The notes under the pieces: model-generated
What the model saw: only the letters and a program-made list of their open reading frames with translations
The model's database searches: none
Told to the model about the DNA's origin: nothing
Assembly (NCBI GenBank): GCA_965279525.1
Contig: CBDIIB010000003.1
Coordinates: forward strand, 384,001-448,000
Source: Tagaea sp.
Lineage (GTDB): Bacteria > Pseudomonadota > Alphaproteobacteria > CACIAM-22H2
DNA length: 64,000 bases
Direction of reading: 5' to 3'
Made by a program: the position numbers and the translations under genes
Part shown: positions 37,666 through 47,821 of the stretch, in pieces
Numbering within the stretch: the first letter of the stretch is position 1
How the letters are laid out: each line of letters opens with the position of its first letter

Positions 37666-39534
37666 ATGGTGGTCACGCTCGAAGCGGCACTCGAACACCA
37701 TCGGGCGGGCCGGCTTGCAGAGGCCGACGCGATCTATCGCGCATTGCTTGCGCGCAATCCCAGGAACGTCGACGCGGTCAACCTGTCGGGGCAGGTGGCG
37801 CTTTCGACCGGGCGATTTGCCGAAGCGCTGGCCGCGTTCGTGCGGGCACGCAATCTTCAGCCGGCCTTCGCCGACGCCCACCACAACGAGGGCAACGCGC
37901 TGCGCGCACTCGGCCGCACGAGCGACGCGCTGGCCGCATTCGGCCGCGCGCTCAAGCTTGCACCCGACAATCCACTCTTCGTGTGCAATCGCGGCCTTGC
38001 CGAACTCGATGCCGGAGACGCTGCCAAGGCGGTCGCCAGCCTCGAACGCGCCGCGTCGCTCGCGCCCGACATCGCGCTGATCCGCCACAATCTGGCTGTC
38101 GCCTACAAGTCGGCAAACCGCCCGATGGCAGCACTTGCCGCCTTCGAATCGGCCGGTTCGATCGGCGATGCCGCTGCCGTGCGGCAGGACCTGTTCGATC
38201 ACGAAGGTGCACGTGCCCAGTACGCGCGCGCCATGGTGGCGTTTCCGGACCGACCGGACATCGAGAGCAACAGGCTGTTCGCGGCAAACTACGATCCGGC
38301 CATCGGGGCGGATGCGCTCAAGTCACTCTATGCCGGATGGGGTGCGGCTCGCCGGTTTCCCGCAGTCCCGCATCCGAACCTGCGTGACCCGGACCGTCGG
38401 ATCCGGATCGGGTTCGTATCGCCCGATTTCCGCGCCCACTCGGTCCAGCCTTTCCTGTGGCCACTGTTATCGAATTTCCCGCGCGAGGATGTGGAACTCT
38501 TCGGCTATTCCGCCATGCGGGGGGAGGGTGACGCCTGGACCGGACGATATCGCCAGGCGTTCGACGTGTGGCGCGTCGTCGGCACGCTCGACGACGAGGC
38601 ACTCGCGGCCGAAATCCGCAAGGACGGCATCGACGTGCTGGTCGATCTGGCCGGCCACACGGTCGGCAACCGCCTTGGCGCCTTCGCCCGCAAGCCCGCA
38701 CCGGTGCAAGCGACGTGGCTCGGATATGGCGGCACGACGGGGCTTGCCGCGATCGACTGGTACGTCGGAGACCACCGGCTGGTGCCGCCCGGCGGCGAAG
38801 CGGCGTTCGTCGAGCGTGTCTGGCGTCTGCCGAAGACCGCCTTTGTCTACGGCGCCTCCGAGGAGATGCCCTTGTCGGGCAGCACCCCGGCGCGTGCGGC
38901 CGGCTATCCGACGTTCGGATGCTTCAGCCGCGCCGTCCGCCTCAATGCGGATACGTTCCGCGTCTGGGGGCGGATCCTGTCGCGACTGCCGCGCGCGCGT
39001 CTCCTGCTCAACGCGTCGGTCTTCAACGAGCGCGAGACACAGGCGCTGTTCGCGCGGAAATTCGCCGAGTTTGGCGGCGACGCGGGCCGGCTCGAACTGG
39101 TCTTCACATCGCCGCAGTCCGCCACGTGGGCCGCCTATGGGCGGATCGACGTGGCACTCGATCCGTTTCCGCACAATGCCGGCGCGACGACATTCGAAGC
39201 CTTGTGGATGGGCGTGCCGGTGGTTTCCAAGCGCGACCGCGTCCCGCTGGGGCGCTTCGGCGATTCGATCCTGGGTGCCTGCGGCATGCCCGATTGGGTT
39301 GTCGACAGCGAGGACGAATATGTGGCCCGCGCGGTCGCCGCCGTTGCGGATATCGATGCGCTTTCGGAACTTCACGACAACCTGCGCACGCGCATGCGCG
39401 CATCACCTTTGTGCGACGGTACGGCGTTCGCACGCGATTTTGCGGCTGCCATACGCGGGATGTGGCACGACTACTGTATGAAGTCTGACGGGTTTTCACG
39501 CGACGAGAAGGTGCCAGATATCGATAAAGTCTAG
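37666..39534 (+). CDS. TPR-repeat O-linked glycosyltransferase, GT41 (OGT/SPINDLY-like)
   Basis: N-terminal TPRs; RIGFVSPDFRAHSV, DVLVDLAGHT, KPAPVQATWLGY, LDPFPHNAGATTFEALWMGVP. Confidence 0.88.
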   Translation: MVVTLEAALEHHRAGRLAEADAIYRALLARNPRNVDAVNLSGQVALSTGRFAEALAAFVRARNLQPAFADAHHNEGNALRALGRTSDALAAFGRALKLAPDNPLFVCNRGLAELDAGDAAKAVASLERAASLAPDIALIRHNLAVAYKSANRPMAALAAFESAGSIGDAAAVRQDLFDHEGARAQYARAMVAFPDRPDIESNRLFAANYDPAIGADALKSLYAGWGAARRFPAVPHPNLRDPDRRIRIGFVSPDFRAHSVQPFLWPLLSNFPREDVELFGYSAMRGEGDAWTGRYRQAFDVWRVVGTLDDEALAAEIRKDGIDVLVDLAGHTVGNRLGAFARKPAPVQATWLGYGGTTGLAAIDWYVGDHRLVPPGGEAAFVERVWRLPKTAFVYGASEEMPLSGSTPARAAGYPTFGCFSRAVRLNADTFRVWGRILSRLPRARLLLNASVFNERETQALFARKFAEFGGDAGRLELVFTSPQSATWAAYGRIDVALDPFPHNAGATTFEALWMGVPVVSKRDRVPLGRFGDSILGACGMPDWVVDSEDEYVARAVAAVADIDALSELHDNLRTRMRASPLCDGTAFARDFAAAIRGMWHDYCMKSDGFSRDEKVPDIDKV

Positions 39535-39739
39535 TTTTCAGTTCCTAGCTGATTGAAAAGTAAGATTGAATTTTGACTTTAGCAGTCGGGGTGATTCTCG
39601 GCCCCACTTCAGCGCGGAAGCTTTGTAGTCGGACACATTAGTTTGTTGCCGCCCGATATAAGCTGTTGTCTTGTCGGGCGCTAAAAATTATATTGTTTAC
39701 AATCTCAGATAAATCTTCCGGCGCATCGCGAGTGTTGGC

Positions 39740-40225
39740 ATGACGGATATCCGCAGTTCGATTACCGATCTTCTGGGGCAGGTGGAACGCCTGCTTCATA
39801 ACCTGGCCTTCGCAAAGGGGCTCAACCCGGCGCAATGGAGCGCGCTGCGCTATCTGTCGGCGGCCGCCGCGGACGCGCGGACGGTAACGGCTTTCGCGCG
39901 CCATCACCGCACGACCAAACCGGCCGCCTCCAAGACGATCGACGCGCTGGTGCGCAAGGCGCTGGTGCGAAAGATGTCGATCCCCGGCGACAGGCGCGCG
40001 CAGCGACTCGATCTCACGGGCAAGGCACTTCGCCGATTGGGCCAGGACCCGCGGAACCTGTTGCGCAGCGCCGTCGGCGCGCTCAACCGATCGGATATGC
40101 TTTCCCTGTCCAGATCACTCGAATCGATCACGGCCGGGATCGGCGTCCATGTCGGCGGAGCCGGGAACGGCACGCCCGCCCGCAAATCTTCCGTTCGGGG
40201 CCGCCGGACAAACGGAAAAGCCTAG
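39740..40225 (+). CDS. MarR-family winged-helix regulator
   Basis: GLNPAQWSALRYL, TKPAASKTIDALVRKALV, GDRRA, LTGK. Confidence 0.85.
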   Translation: MTDIRSSITDLLGQVERLLHNLAFAKGLNPAQWSALRYLSAAAADARTVTAFARHHRTTKPAASKTIDALVRKALVRKMSIPGDRRAQRLDLTGKALRRLGQDPRNLLRSAVGALNRSDMLSLSRSLESITAGIGVHVGGAGNGTPARKSSVRGRRTNGKA

Positions 40226-40371
40226 ATCGGCGGGGCGGTTGCCCTCCCTACCGACCTGTTCCAAAGCGACTTTTCGGGCCCGGCCTCGAAAACTTTCTGG
40301 TATATTGATTCCCGCCTGACCGGAGGCGCCATCCCGCGCCGACGCGCCGGCTGTCCTTTGGAACGGACCCC

Positions 40372-41394
40372 ATGCGTGTACGCGACGATTACCGGACCCT
40401 GACCGGTCAGGACAAGGCCTCGATCCTGCTGCTGTCGCTGGGCGAGGAAGTCGCGACCAAGCTCTTCGCGCTGATGAGCGACGACGAGATCAAGGAAATT
40501 TCGCAGTCGATGGCCGGCCTCGGCACGGTCAACTCGTCGATCATCGAGCGCCTGATCGTCGAATTCGCCGACCAGATCGCCGCCACCGGCTCGCTCGTCG
40601 GCTCGTTCGATTCGACCGAACGCCTGCTCGGCAAGGTCCTCGACAAGAACCGCGTCGCCGGCATCATGGACGACATCCGCGGCCCGGCCGGCCGTACGAT
40701 GTGGGACAAGTTGGGCAACGTCAACGAGGCGGTGCTCGCCAACTACCTCAAGAACGAATATCCGCAGACCGTCGCCGTCGTGCTCGCGAAGATCCGGTCG
40801 GACCATGCCGCGCGCGTGCTGGGCACGCTGCCGGAAGCCTTCGCGATGGAAGTCGTCATGCGCATGCTGCGCATGGAGACGGTGCAGAAGGAGGTCCTCG
40901 ACGATCTCGAGCGCGTGCTGCGCAACGAGTTCATGTCGAACCTCGCCAAGACCAGCCGCAAGGACACGCACGAGCTGATGGCGGAGATATTCAACTCTCT
41001 GGATCGACAAACCGAAGCGCGCTTCACGACCGCACTCGAAGAGCGCAACCGCGACAGTGCCGAGAAGATCAAGGCGCTGATGTTCAAGTTCGAGGATCTC
41101 GGCCGCCTCGACCCCGGCGGCGTGCAGACGCTGTTGCGCGCGGTCGACAAGGGCAAGCTCGCCATCGCGATGAAGGGGGCGAACGAACAGGTGCGCGACC
41201 TGTTCTTCTCCAACATGTCCGAACGCGCCGGCAAGATGCTGAAGGAAGAAATCGAAGCGCTGGGCCCGGTGCGCGGCAAGGACGTGGCCGAAGCGCAGAC
41301 GGCGATGGTCAACGTCGCCAAGGAGCTGGCGGCCAAGGACGAGATCGTGCTGTCGAAGGGTGGGGCCGGCGGCGAGGACGACCTGATTTACTGA
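40372..41394 (+). CDS. fliG: Flagellar motor switch protein FliG
   Basis: [42 protein letters not shown]. Confidence 0.95.
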   Translation: MRVRDDYRTLTGQDKASILLLSLGEEVATKLFALMSDDEIKEISQSMAGLGTVNSSIIERLIVEFADQIAATGSLVGSFDSTERLLGKVLDKNRVAGIMDDIRGPAGRTMWDKLGNVNEAVLANYLKNEYPQTVAVVLAKIRSDHAARVLGTLPEAFAMEVVMRMLRMETVQKEVLDDLERVLRNEFMSNLAKTSRKDTHELMAEIFNSLDRQTEARFTTALEERNRDSAEKIKALMFKFEDLGRLDPGGVQTLLRAVDKGKLAIAMKGANEQVRDLFFSNMSERAGKMLKEEIEALGPVRGKDVAEAQTAMVNVAKELAAKDEIVLSKGGAGGEDDLIY

Positions 41395-41410
41395 CGCCGG
41401 GGCCGCCTCA

Positions 41411-41469
41411 ATAGGTTACGACAGGTTACGGTAACGTATTTAAGCCGTTGATTTCGAAGACTTGTAACG
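41411..41469. repeat. Tandem 10-bp repeats plus IHF-consensus site
   Basis: ATAGGTTACG-ACAGGTTACG, inverted GTAACG at 41431 and 41464; TAAGCCGTTGATT (41441-41453) fits YAANNNNTTGATW. Confidence 0.55.
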
Positions 41470-41675
41470 TCGCTCGTGCTTTTTGCGCGGTTTGTATTCG
41501 CCGGTTCGTGGCGGGACTTCAGCGCACTGAAATCCGCGACCACGGCCGGACTCCACTTACGTCTTCACTTGTCAAACAGCGCACGGCGCCAGCGAGCGAC
41601 CGATGCTGTGACTATAAGCTGTATCAGGATTAATTACAACTATAACTACTTCTGTAGGAGATGGCGGGGCACCCG

Positions 41676-43172
41676 CTATCCCTTCAGCACGAAGCCGTAA
41701 CGCGCGAGGCTGGGATCCGCGCCTTCCTTGAGGTACGCGGCCTTCACGGCGCTGACGGCGTCCGTCTCCAGTCCGGCCTTCTTGGCGTCGTACTTGTACA
41801 TCTTCGCCGAATTCGTGCCGAAGATCGCCGTCTTGATCGGCCCGTCCGCGGCACCCAGCGGCGCGAACCCATAGCGCTTCTGCATGTCGTCCGGGATTTC
41901 GAGCCGGCGCAGCGCTTCGATCTGCCATTGCGGGGCACCGGTCCAGATCGCGTCCGTGCCCCAGATCACGTGGTCGACCCCGAGACCCTTCACGAGGATG
42001 CCCATCATCGCGGCGCACAGGCGCGGCTCGACGACGGTGCTCTGCGCGAAGATCTGCCCGAGATCGCCGTAAACGTTGGACACGCCGAACTTCGCCGGGA
42101 TGTCGGCAAGGTCGCTGACCCATTCGACGCGGCCCGTCTCCTCGAACTGGCGCATGCCGGCACCGGCATTGCTGCCCGAGCCCCAGCGATAGGCCGAGTG
42201 GTAGATGACGAAATTGATCTGCGGCCAGTCCTTCGCCGCCTTGCCGACATCGTCGACCCGCGCATAGGGCGTGAGATGCGGGAACTGCGCTTCGACCGAC
42301 GGCGGATAGAGGCCCTTGTGGACGCACACGATGTTGTGCCCGGCCTTCAGCAGCTTCTCGTAGAAGGGATAGAGCAGCTTCTCGTCGTCGAGCCGCCAGG
42401 GATGGCGGGCGAGCTGCTTGTTGGTGTTGTCGCCGACCGTGTAGCCCTTCCACGAATCCGGCTTGTTGAGTTCGATGTCCTCATCGACCTTGTCGAGCCA
42501 GCCCGGCAGGCCCGGCATGAAGATCGCGTGCGACAGGCAGCGGCGCGTGCCGGCTGCCTGATTGACCGCATCGCGTGCCCGGCGCTTGTTCTCGTTGGTC
42601 AAGAACCAGTCCCGGGGATCTTCGGAACCGGAGCCGCTGATCAGCGCCACCTTCGTGTCGCTGTCGAGAAAGACCTCCTTGAACCAGTTCGGATACTTTA
42701 GATCCTCGAGCGTCTGCGGCTTGCCGGCCAGTGCCGGATTCCAGCCGGCCTGGCCGACCGCTTCGCGCGCGCGGACAAATCCCTGCAGCCGCGTATCGTC
42801 GCGCAGGAAGTGCGTATGGACATCCATCACGAACTGGCCGGCGAGGCCCTGCGCACGCTGCTGCGCCACCTCCACGCTTGCCGCTTCCGCCGATCCGACC
42901 GCGTAGAGCGGACCGTAGACCTCGTTCATCGCGACGAAAGCCGCGGCCATTCCCGCCGACGTCTTGAAGAACTGGCGACGGGACAGCTTGTTCTTCGCAC
43001 CCAGTTCGTCGCCGAGCGATTCGAGCCGCGCCTGGACGCGGGCCTGCCGCTCGGTCTGTGCCGTGGGCATGAACTCGTCCGAGGAGATCACCTGGGTGGG
43101 GATCGGGGTTCGCGGTGCGGCGGTCTCGGCCGGCACAAGCTGCGCCATTTCCGAATCGCTCAGCTGCGTCAT
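41676..43172 (-). CDS. Amidohydrolase-family (amidohydro_2-like) protein
   Basis: MDVHTH (HxH), WKGY, CVHKG, IYHSA, VIWGTD; ATG 43172 after GGAGG. Confidence 0.85.
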   Translation of the reverse strand: MTQLSDSEMAQLVPAETAAPRTPIPTQVISSDEFMPTAQTERQARVQARLESLGDELGAKNKLSRRQFFKTSAGMAAAFVAMNEVYGPLYAVGSAEAASVEVAQQRAQGLAGQFVMDVHTHFLRDDTRLQGFVRAREAVGQAGWNPALAGKPQTLEDLKYPNWFKEVFLDSDTKVALISGSGSEDPRDWFLTNENKRRARDAVNQAAGTRRCLSHAIFMPGLPGWLDKVDEDIELNKPDSWKGYTVGDNTNKQLARHPWRLDDEKLLYPFYEKLLKAGHNIVCVHKGLYPPSVEAQFPHLTPYARVDDVGKAAKDWPQINFVIYHSAYRWGSGSNAGAGMRQFEETGRVEWVSDLADIPAKFGVSNVYGDLGQIFAQSTVVEPRLCAAMMGILVKGLGVDHVIWGTDAIWTGAPQWQIEALRRLEIPDDMQKRYGFAPLGAADGPIKTAIFGTNSAKMYKYDAKKAGLETDAVSAVKAAYLKEGADPSLARYGFVLKG

Positions 43173-43301
43173 GGCATCCTCCGGTGGATTGCGACGGTTA
43201 CCCGCATTCCCTAAAATCCTGATACAGGTCGTGCATGCGGTCAATCCCACGGTCGGTTACAGGCCGGAAATCGGGATGCTTGCCTGTTCAGGGAGGCAAC
43301 A

Positions 43302-44147
43302 ATGTCGGGACTTGGTCGAACCGTTCAGCTTCCCGATGGCACGAAGGTGCCGGCATTCGGGCTCGGAACCTGGCGGATGGGCGAGCGCGTGCAGCTGCGG
43401 CAGGCCGAAACATCGGCGCTGCGCGCGGGGCTCGATCTCGGCGTGCGCCTGATCGACACTGCCGAAATGTACGGCGAGGGCGAGGCGGAGGGGATCGTCG
43501 GGGAGGCCGTCGCCGGCCGGCGCGACGAGGTCTACATCGTTTCGAAGGTCTATCCGCATAACGCAAGCCGCGCCGGCGTCGTCGCCGCCTGCGAGCGTTC
43601 GCTAAAACGCCTGAAGACCGACCGGCTCGATCTTTACCTGCTCCACTGGCGCGGGAACCACAAGCTGGCCGATACGGTCGCCGGCTTCGAGACGCTGAAG
43701 GCGGCCGGGAAGATCCGGGCCTGGGGCGTCAGCAATCTCGATGTCGAGGACATGGACGAGCTGCATGCGGCAGCTGGCGGCAAAGCCTGTGCGACCAACC
43801 AGGTCCTCTACAACCTGGCCCGGCGCGGGATCGAGGCGGGGCTGCTCGCATGGTGCCGGAAGCACCGCGTCCCGATCATGGCCTATTCGCCGCTCGATCA
43901 GGCACGCATACCCGGCGCCCCGGGTCTAGCGGCCGTCGCCAAGCGCCATGGCGTGACGCCGGCCCAGATCATGCTCGCCTGGGTCGCGCGGCATCCCGAC
44001 GCGATCGTCATTCCGAAAGCCGTCAAAGCCGAACACCTGCGCGCCAATATCGCGGCAATGGATCTGGCGCTTGCGGCAGAAGATCTGGCGGATCTGGATC
44101 GCGCGTTCCCGCCGCCGAAGCGGCGGGAAGCCCTCGAGATGCTTTAG
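43302..44147 (+). CDS. Aldo/keto reductase (YeaE-like)
   Basis: [39 protein letters not shown]. Confidence 0.92.
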   Translation: MSGLGRTVQLPDGTKVPAFGLGTWRMGERVQLRQAETSALRAGLDLGVRLIDTAEMYGEGEAEGIVGEAVAGRRDEVYIVSKVYPHNASRAGVVAACERSLKRLKTDRLDLYLLHWRGNHKLADTVAGFETLKAAGKIRAWGVSNLDVEDMDELHAAAGGKACATNQVLYNLARRGIEAGLLAWCRKHRVPIMAYSPLDQARIPGAPGLAAVAKRHGVTPAQIMLAWVARHPDAIVIPKAVKAEHLRANIAAMDLALAAEDLADLDRAFPPPKRREALEML

Positions 44148-44158
44148 AACGCCCGGGT

Positions 44159-45070
44159 TCAGGCGTTCGCGGATGCCGTCTCGCGTGCAAGGTCGCGCGT
44201 GCGCGCCTGCAGTTTGGCAAGCGCACGCTCTTCGAGCTGGCGCACGCGCTCGCGGCTGACGCCGAAGCGCTTGGAGAGATCCTCGAGCGTTTCCGGCTCG
44301 TCGCACAGGTTGCGCGCGCGCACGATCTCGCGCTCGCGCTCGTCGAGCGTGAGGAGTGCGCGATCCACGAGATTGCGCTGCCAGCGCCGTTCGTCGTCCG
44401 CCACGACCTGGCCTTCGACGTCGACGTTCGGATCGGCGATCTCGCTCGGGAGCGTCTCGCCGTTGCCGGTGCGGATGGGCGCGTCGAGCGGCACGATGGC
44501 GCCACGTGCGGCGACCTCGATCTCGATGACGTCCTTCTCGCCCAGGCGCGTGGCCTTGGCGATCTTGGTCACGTCAGCCTGCGTCAGGCGCGTGTCGGAT
44601 TCGATGCCGAGCTTGCGCTTCACCGAATTGAGGCTGAACAGCAGCTTCTTGCGCGCGACGGCCGTGCCGATGGTGACCATCGACCAGGAGCCCAGGACGA
44701 ATTCCTGGATCGCGGCCTTGATCCACCACATCGCATAGGTCGACAGGCGCACACCCCGTTCCGGGTCGAAGCGCTTGACGGCATGCATGAGCCCGATATT
44801 GCCTTCGGCGATCAGGTCGGGGACGGGCAGGCCGTAGCCGCGGTACTTCCACGCCATCTTCACGACGAGACGCAGATGGCTGGTGACGAGCTTGTGGGCC
44901 GCGTCGACGTCCTGATGGTCGCGCCAGGCGCGGCCAAGGGCGCGCTCTTCCTCGGGCTCGAGCATGGGGAAGCGCTGGATTTCGGCCAGATAGCGGCCAA
45001 GCTCCGCGCGGACGGAATTGCGGGGGATTGAAACGGCCGGGACATCTGCCGGCGTAGCGGCGTACGACAT
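44159..45070 (-). CDS. RpoH (sigma32)-family RNA polymerase sigma factor, divergent paralog
   Basis: LVTSHLRLV, YRGYGLP, EGNIGLMHAVKRFDPERGVRLSTYAMWWIKA, region 4 TLEDLSKRFGVSRERVRQLE. Confidence 0.88.
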   Translation of the reverse strand: MSYAATPADVPAVSIPRNSVRAELGRYLAEIQRFPMLEPEEERALGRAWRDHQDVDAAHKLVTSHLRLVVKMAWKYRGYGLPVPDLIAEGNIGLMHAVKRFDPERGVRLSTYAMWWIKAAIQEFVLGSWSMVTIGTAVARKKLLFSLNSVKRKLGIESDTRLTQADVTKIAKATRLGEKDVIEIEVAARGAIVPLDAPIRTGNGETLPSEIADPNVDVEGQVVADDERRWQRNLVDRALLTLDEREREIVRARNLCDEPETLEDLSKRFGVSRERVRQLEERALAKLQARTRDLARETASANA

Positions 45071-45275
45071 GGATCACCCTCCTTGAGGCTTGATCGTCGA
45101 TCACTTTTCGGACCCCATGTGGGCATCCGATGTCGTCCAAAGTAAGGCGTCGTCGGGCGTTAATCAAGATTAATGGGGCATGAGACCGGCGCAGGGCTGG
45201 CCTGCACGGACGGCGGAAGTCCTGTTCCTGCAAGTATCTGAAAAAATTACAGAATCGTAAAATTCAAATCGGCTG

Positions 45276-46736
45276 TCAGGCGCCCCGGTCCAGCGCTTCC
45301 CAAGCCTGCTTCTTGCGGTAGATCGTCGACGGGCTGATTTCCAGGAACGCCGCCGCGCGCGGGATGTTGCCGTCGCAGGCGGCGATGGCGGCCTCGATGA
45401 TCTCGCGCTCCGAAATCCAGAGCGGACGGATGCGCGGCTTGCCGCTCGAGGTGGCCGTCGCGAGATCTTCGTCCATCGCGGCGGGCTTCACGATCGTGGG
45501 CACGTTCGCGCCGAGCGTGCTTTCGCCGATGTGACGCGGCAGCATGTCGAGACGCACCGCATCGCCGTCGTGAAGGACGACGATCGAGCGCATCACGTTT
45601 TCGATTTCGCGCACGTTGCCGGGCCACGGATATGAGCGGAGCGCGTATTCGGCATCCGGCGCTATGTCGCGAAAGCCCTTGCTTTCGTCCTTGGCGAAGC
45701 GTTGCAGCGCGTGTCGGGCGAGCAGCACGGCGTCGTCTTCGCGCTCGCGAACGGGCGGCAACTGCACCGGAATGACGTGGAGGCGGAAGAACAGGTCTTC
45801 GCGCAGGCGCCCCAGCTTGACTTCCTGGCGCGCCTCGCGCGTGGACGAGCAGACGAGACGCACGTCGGAAGCCTCGCTCGGCCCGCCGCCCAAGGGCTCG
45901 ACGATTCCGGTCTCGAGAAACCGGAGCAGCTTGCTCTGGAGGCCGGCATCCATGTCGCCGACTTCCTCGAGGAAAAGCGTGCCGCCGTTCGCGCGCGCAA
46001 GTGCGCCCTTCTTGTCGTCGGCGGCACCGACAAAGGCGCCCTTGCGATGCCCGAAGAGTTCGCTTTCAAGGGAGTCGCGGGGCAGGGCAGCGCACGACAC
46101 GCTGACGAACGCGCCGGCCGCGCGCGTGGAGCGCCGGTGGATCGCGTCGGCACAGACTTCCTTGCCCGTACCGCTTTCGCCGCTCACATAGATCGGCGCC
46201 TGGCTGGGTGCCGCACTGTCGACGATCCGGTAGACGCGCTGCATGGCGAGCGATGCGCCGACAAAACCGAAATACCGGTTGCGGCCGAATTCGGACTCGT
46301 AGGTATCGACGGCCGTGCGAAGGCGGCGACGCTCCATGGCGTTGCGCATCGTCACCAGGAGCCGGTCGCGCGCGAACGGCTTGACGATGAAGTCGAAAGC
46401 ACCCTCCCGCATGGCCTCGACCGCGACGGCCAGCGTTCCCGTGGCGGTCACGACCAGCGTCTCGAGCGGCAGGCTCTGCCGGCGGATTTCCTTCAACACG
46501 GAAAGGCCGTTTCCGTCGGGCAGATTGAGATCGAGGACGACGGCATCGAAAGGCTCGGAGCCGAGCAGCCCGAGCGCGCTCGCGACCGTTCCTGCGACCT
46601 TCACCCGATAGTCCGCCGAACGGAGATATTCTTCATAAAGAGCTGCGGTCGCCTCGGAGTCCTCGACGACCAGAATCGCCGGCGAAGAACGGGTGGCAGC
46701 CTTGATTTCGCTCGCAGTGGGTAAAACTTCCGTCAT
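45276..46736 (-). CDS. NtrC-family REC-AAA+-Fis response regulator, LuxO-like, with degenerate AAA+ motifs
   Basis: REC (LVVED, LDLNLPD, KPF), GESGTGKE, GAFVGA, LFLEEV, WPGNVRE, C-terminus RPLW...GNIPRAAAFLEISPSTIYRK. Confidence 0.88.
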   Translation of the reverse strand: MTEVLPTASEIKAATRSSPAILVVEDSEATAALYEEYLRSADYRVKVAGTVASALGLLGSEPFDAVVLDLNLPDGNGLSVLKEIRRQSLPLETLVVTATGTLAVAVEAMREGAFDFIVKPFARDRLLVTMRNAMERRRLRTAVDTYESEFGRNRYFGFVGASLAMQRVYRIVDSAAPSQAPIYVSGESGTGKEVCADAIHRRSTRAAGAFVSVSCAALPRDSLESELFGHRKGAFVGAADDKKGALARANGGTLFLEEVGDMDAGLQSKLLRFLETGIVEPLGGGPSEASDVRLVCSSTREARQEVKLGRLREDLFFRLHVIPVQLPPVREREDDAVLLARHALQRFAKDESKGFRDIAPDAEYALRSYPWPGNVREIENVMRSIVVLHDGDAVRLDMLPRHIGESTLGANVPTIVKPAAMDEDLATATSSGKPRIRPLWISEREIIEAAIAACDGNIPRAAAFLEISPSTIYRKKQAWEALDRGA

Positions 46737-46902
46737 TGGTCGGAGTATGTCCGGGTGGGTACCGCCGACGCAAGCGGTTAACGCCAACGGCTTCCACCAC
46801 AAAGGCCTTCCCTTGCAAAATCCCGCCGACTAAGGTCTCGTCCAACGAGAAGATATCGAACAGGCAAAAGTCCAAAACGAAGCTTTTTACGGGGCCGGAC
46901 GG

Positions 46903-47817
46903 GTGGAGTATTTTCTACAACAATTGATCAATGGACTGACGCTTGGTGCGATCTACGGTTTGATCGCAATCGGTTATACGATGGTCTACGGGATCATCGG
47001 CATGATCAATTTCGCCCACGGCGAAGTCTACATGATCGGCGCGTTCATTTCGGTCATCACGTTCACGATTCTCGGTCCCTTCGGCTTCGCGAGCCCGGTG
47101 CTCGCGATCATCGTCGTGCTGATCGTGGCGCTCGTGTTCACGTCGGTCTATGGCTGGACGGTCGAGCGGATCGCCTACCGGCCCCTGCGCGGGTCTTTCA
47201 GGCTGGCGCCGCTCATCTCCGCGATCGGCGTCTCGATCTTCCTGCAGAATTATGTCCACATGCTGCAGGGCGCCAAGATGAAGCCGGTCCAGCCGGTCGT
47301 GCGCGGCGGCTTCGTGCTTGCCGAGGAGGCGGGCTTCGTCGTGCAGATCACCTATCTGCAGATCGGGATCATCGCCGCCACGCTCGTGCTGATGGCGGGC
47401 TTCACGCTGCTGATCCACCGCACGTCGCTGGGGCGCTCGCAGCGCGCGTGCGAGCAGGACCGCAAGATGGCCGCACTGCTCGGCGTCAATGTCGACCGGA
47501 CGATCTCGCTCACGTTCGTCATGGGTGCCGCCCTCGCGGCAGTCGCCGGACTGATCTTCACGCTCTATTACGGGGCCGTCGACTTCTTCATCGGGTTCCT
47601 CGCCGGCCTCAAGGCGTTCACGGCCGCCGTCCTCGGCGGGATCGGGTCGCTGCCGGGGGCCATGCTCGGCGGATTGCTGATCGGTCTCATCGAGGCATTC
47701 TGGTCGGCGCATTTCCCGATCGCGTACAAGGACGTCGCGGTGTTCGGCATCCTCGTCATCGTCCTCATTTTCCGTCCGACCGGCCTGCTCGGCCGGCCGG
47801 ACATCGAGAAGGTCTGA
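46903..47817 (+). CDS. livH: Branched-chain amino acid ABC permease LivH
   Basis: GYTMVYGIIGMINFAHG, KAFTAAVLGGIGS. Confidence 0.95.
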   Translation: MEYFLQQLINGLTLGAIYGLIAIGYTMVYGIIGMINFAHGEVYMIGAFISVITFTILGPFGFASPVLAIIVVLIVALVFTSVYGWTVERIAYRPLRGSFRLAPLISAIGVSIFLQNYVHMLQGAKMKPVQPVVRGGFVLAEEAGFVVQITYLQIGIIAATLVLMAGFTLLIHRTSLGRSQRACEQDRKMAALLGVNVDRTISLTFVMGAALAAVAGLIFTLYYGAVDFFIGFLAGLKAFTAAVLGGIGSLPGAMLGGLLIGLIEAFWSAHFPIAYKDVAVFGILVIVLIFRPTGLLGRPDIEKV

Positions 47818-47821
47818 GCGC

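Noticed and set aside
39535-39739. Possible ncRNA/riboswitch in the AT-rich gap before MarR
   Set aside because: Only short hairpins (e.g. CGCCCGA/TCGGGCG); no recognisable RNA-family pattern; explainable as promoter or terminator.
41661-42701. 346-aa ORF with AGGAG next to its ATG
   Set aside because: Antisense to the amidohydrolase; AGGAG abuts the ATG with no spacer; no motifs.
45160-45173. Canonical CtrA box
   Set aside because: Spacing is TTAA-N6-TTAA rather than N7; kept only as an unassigned palindrome.
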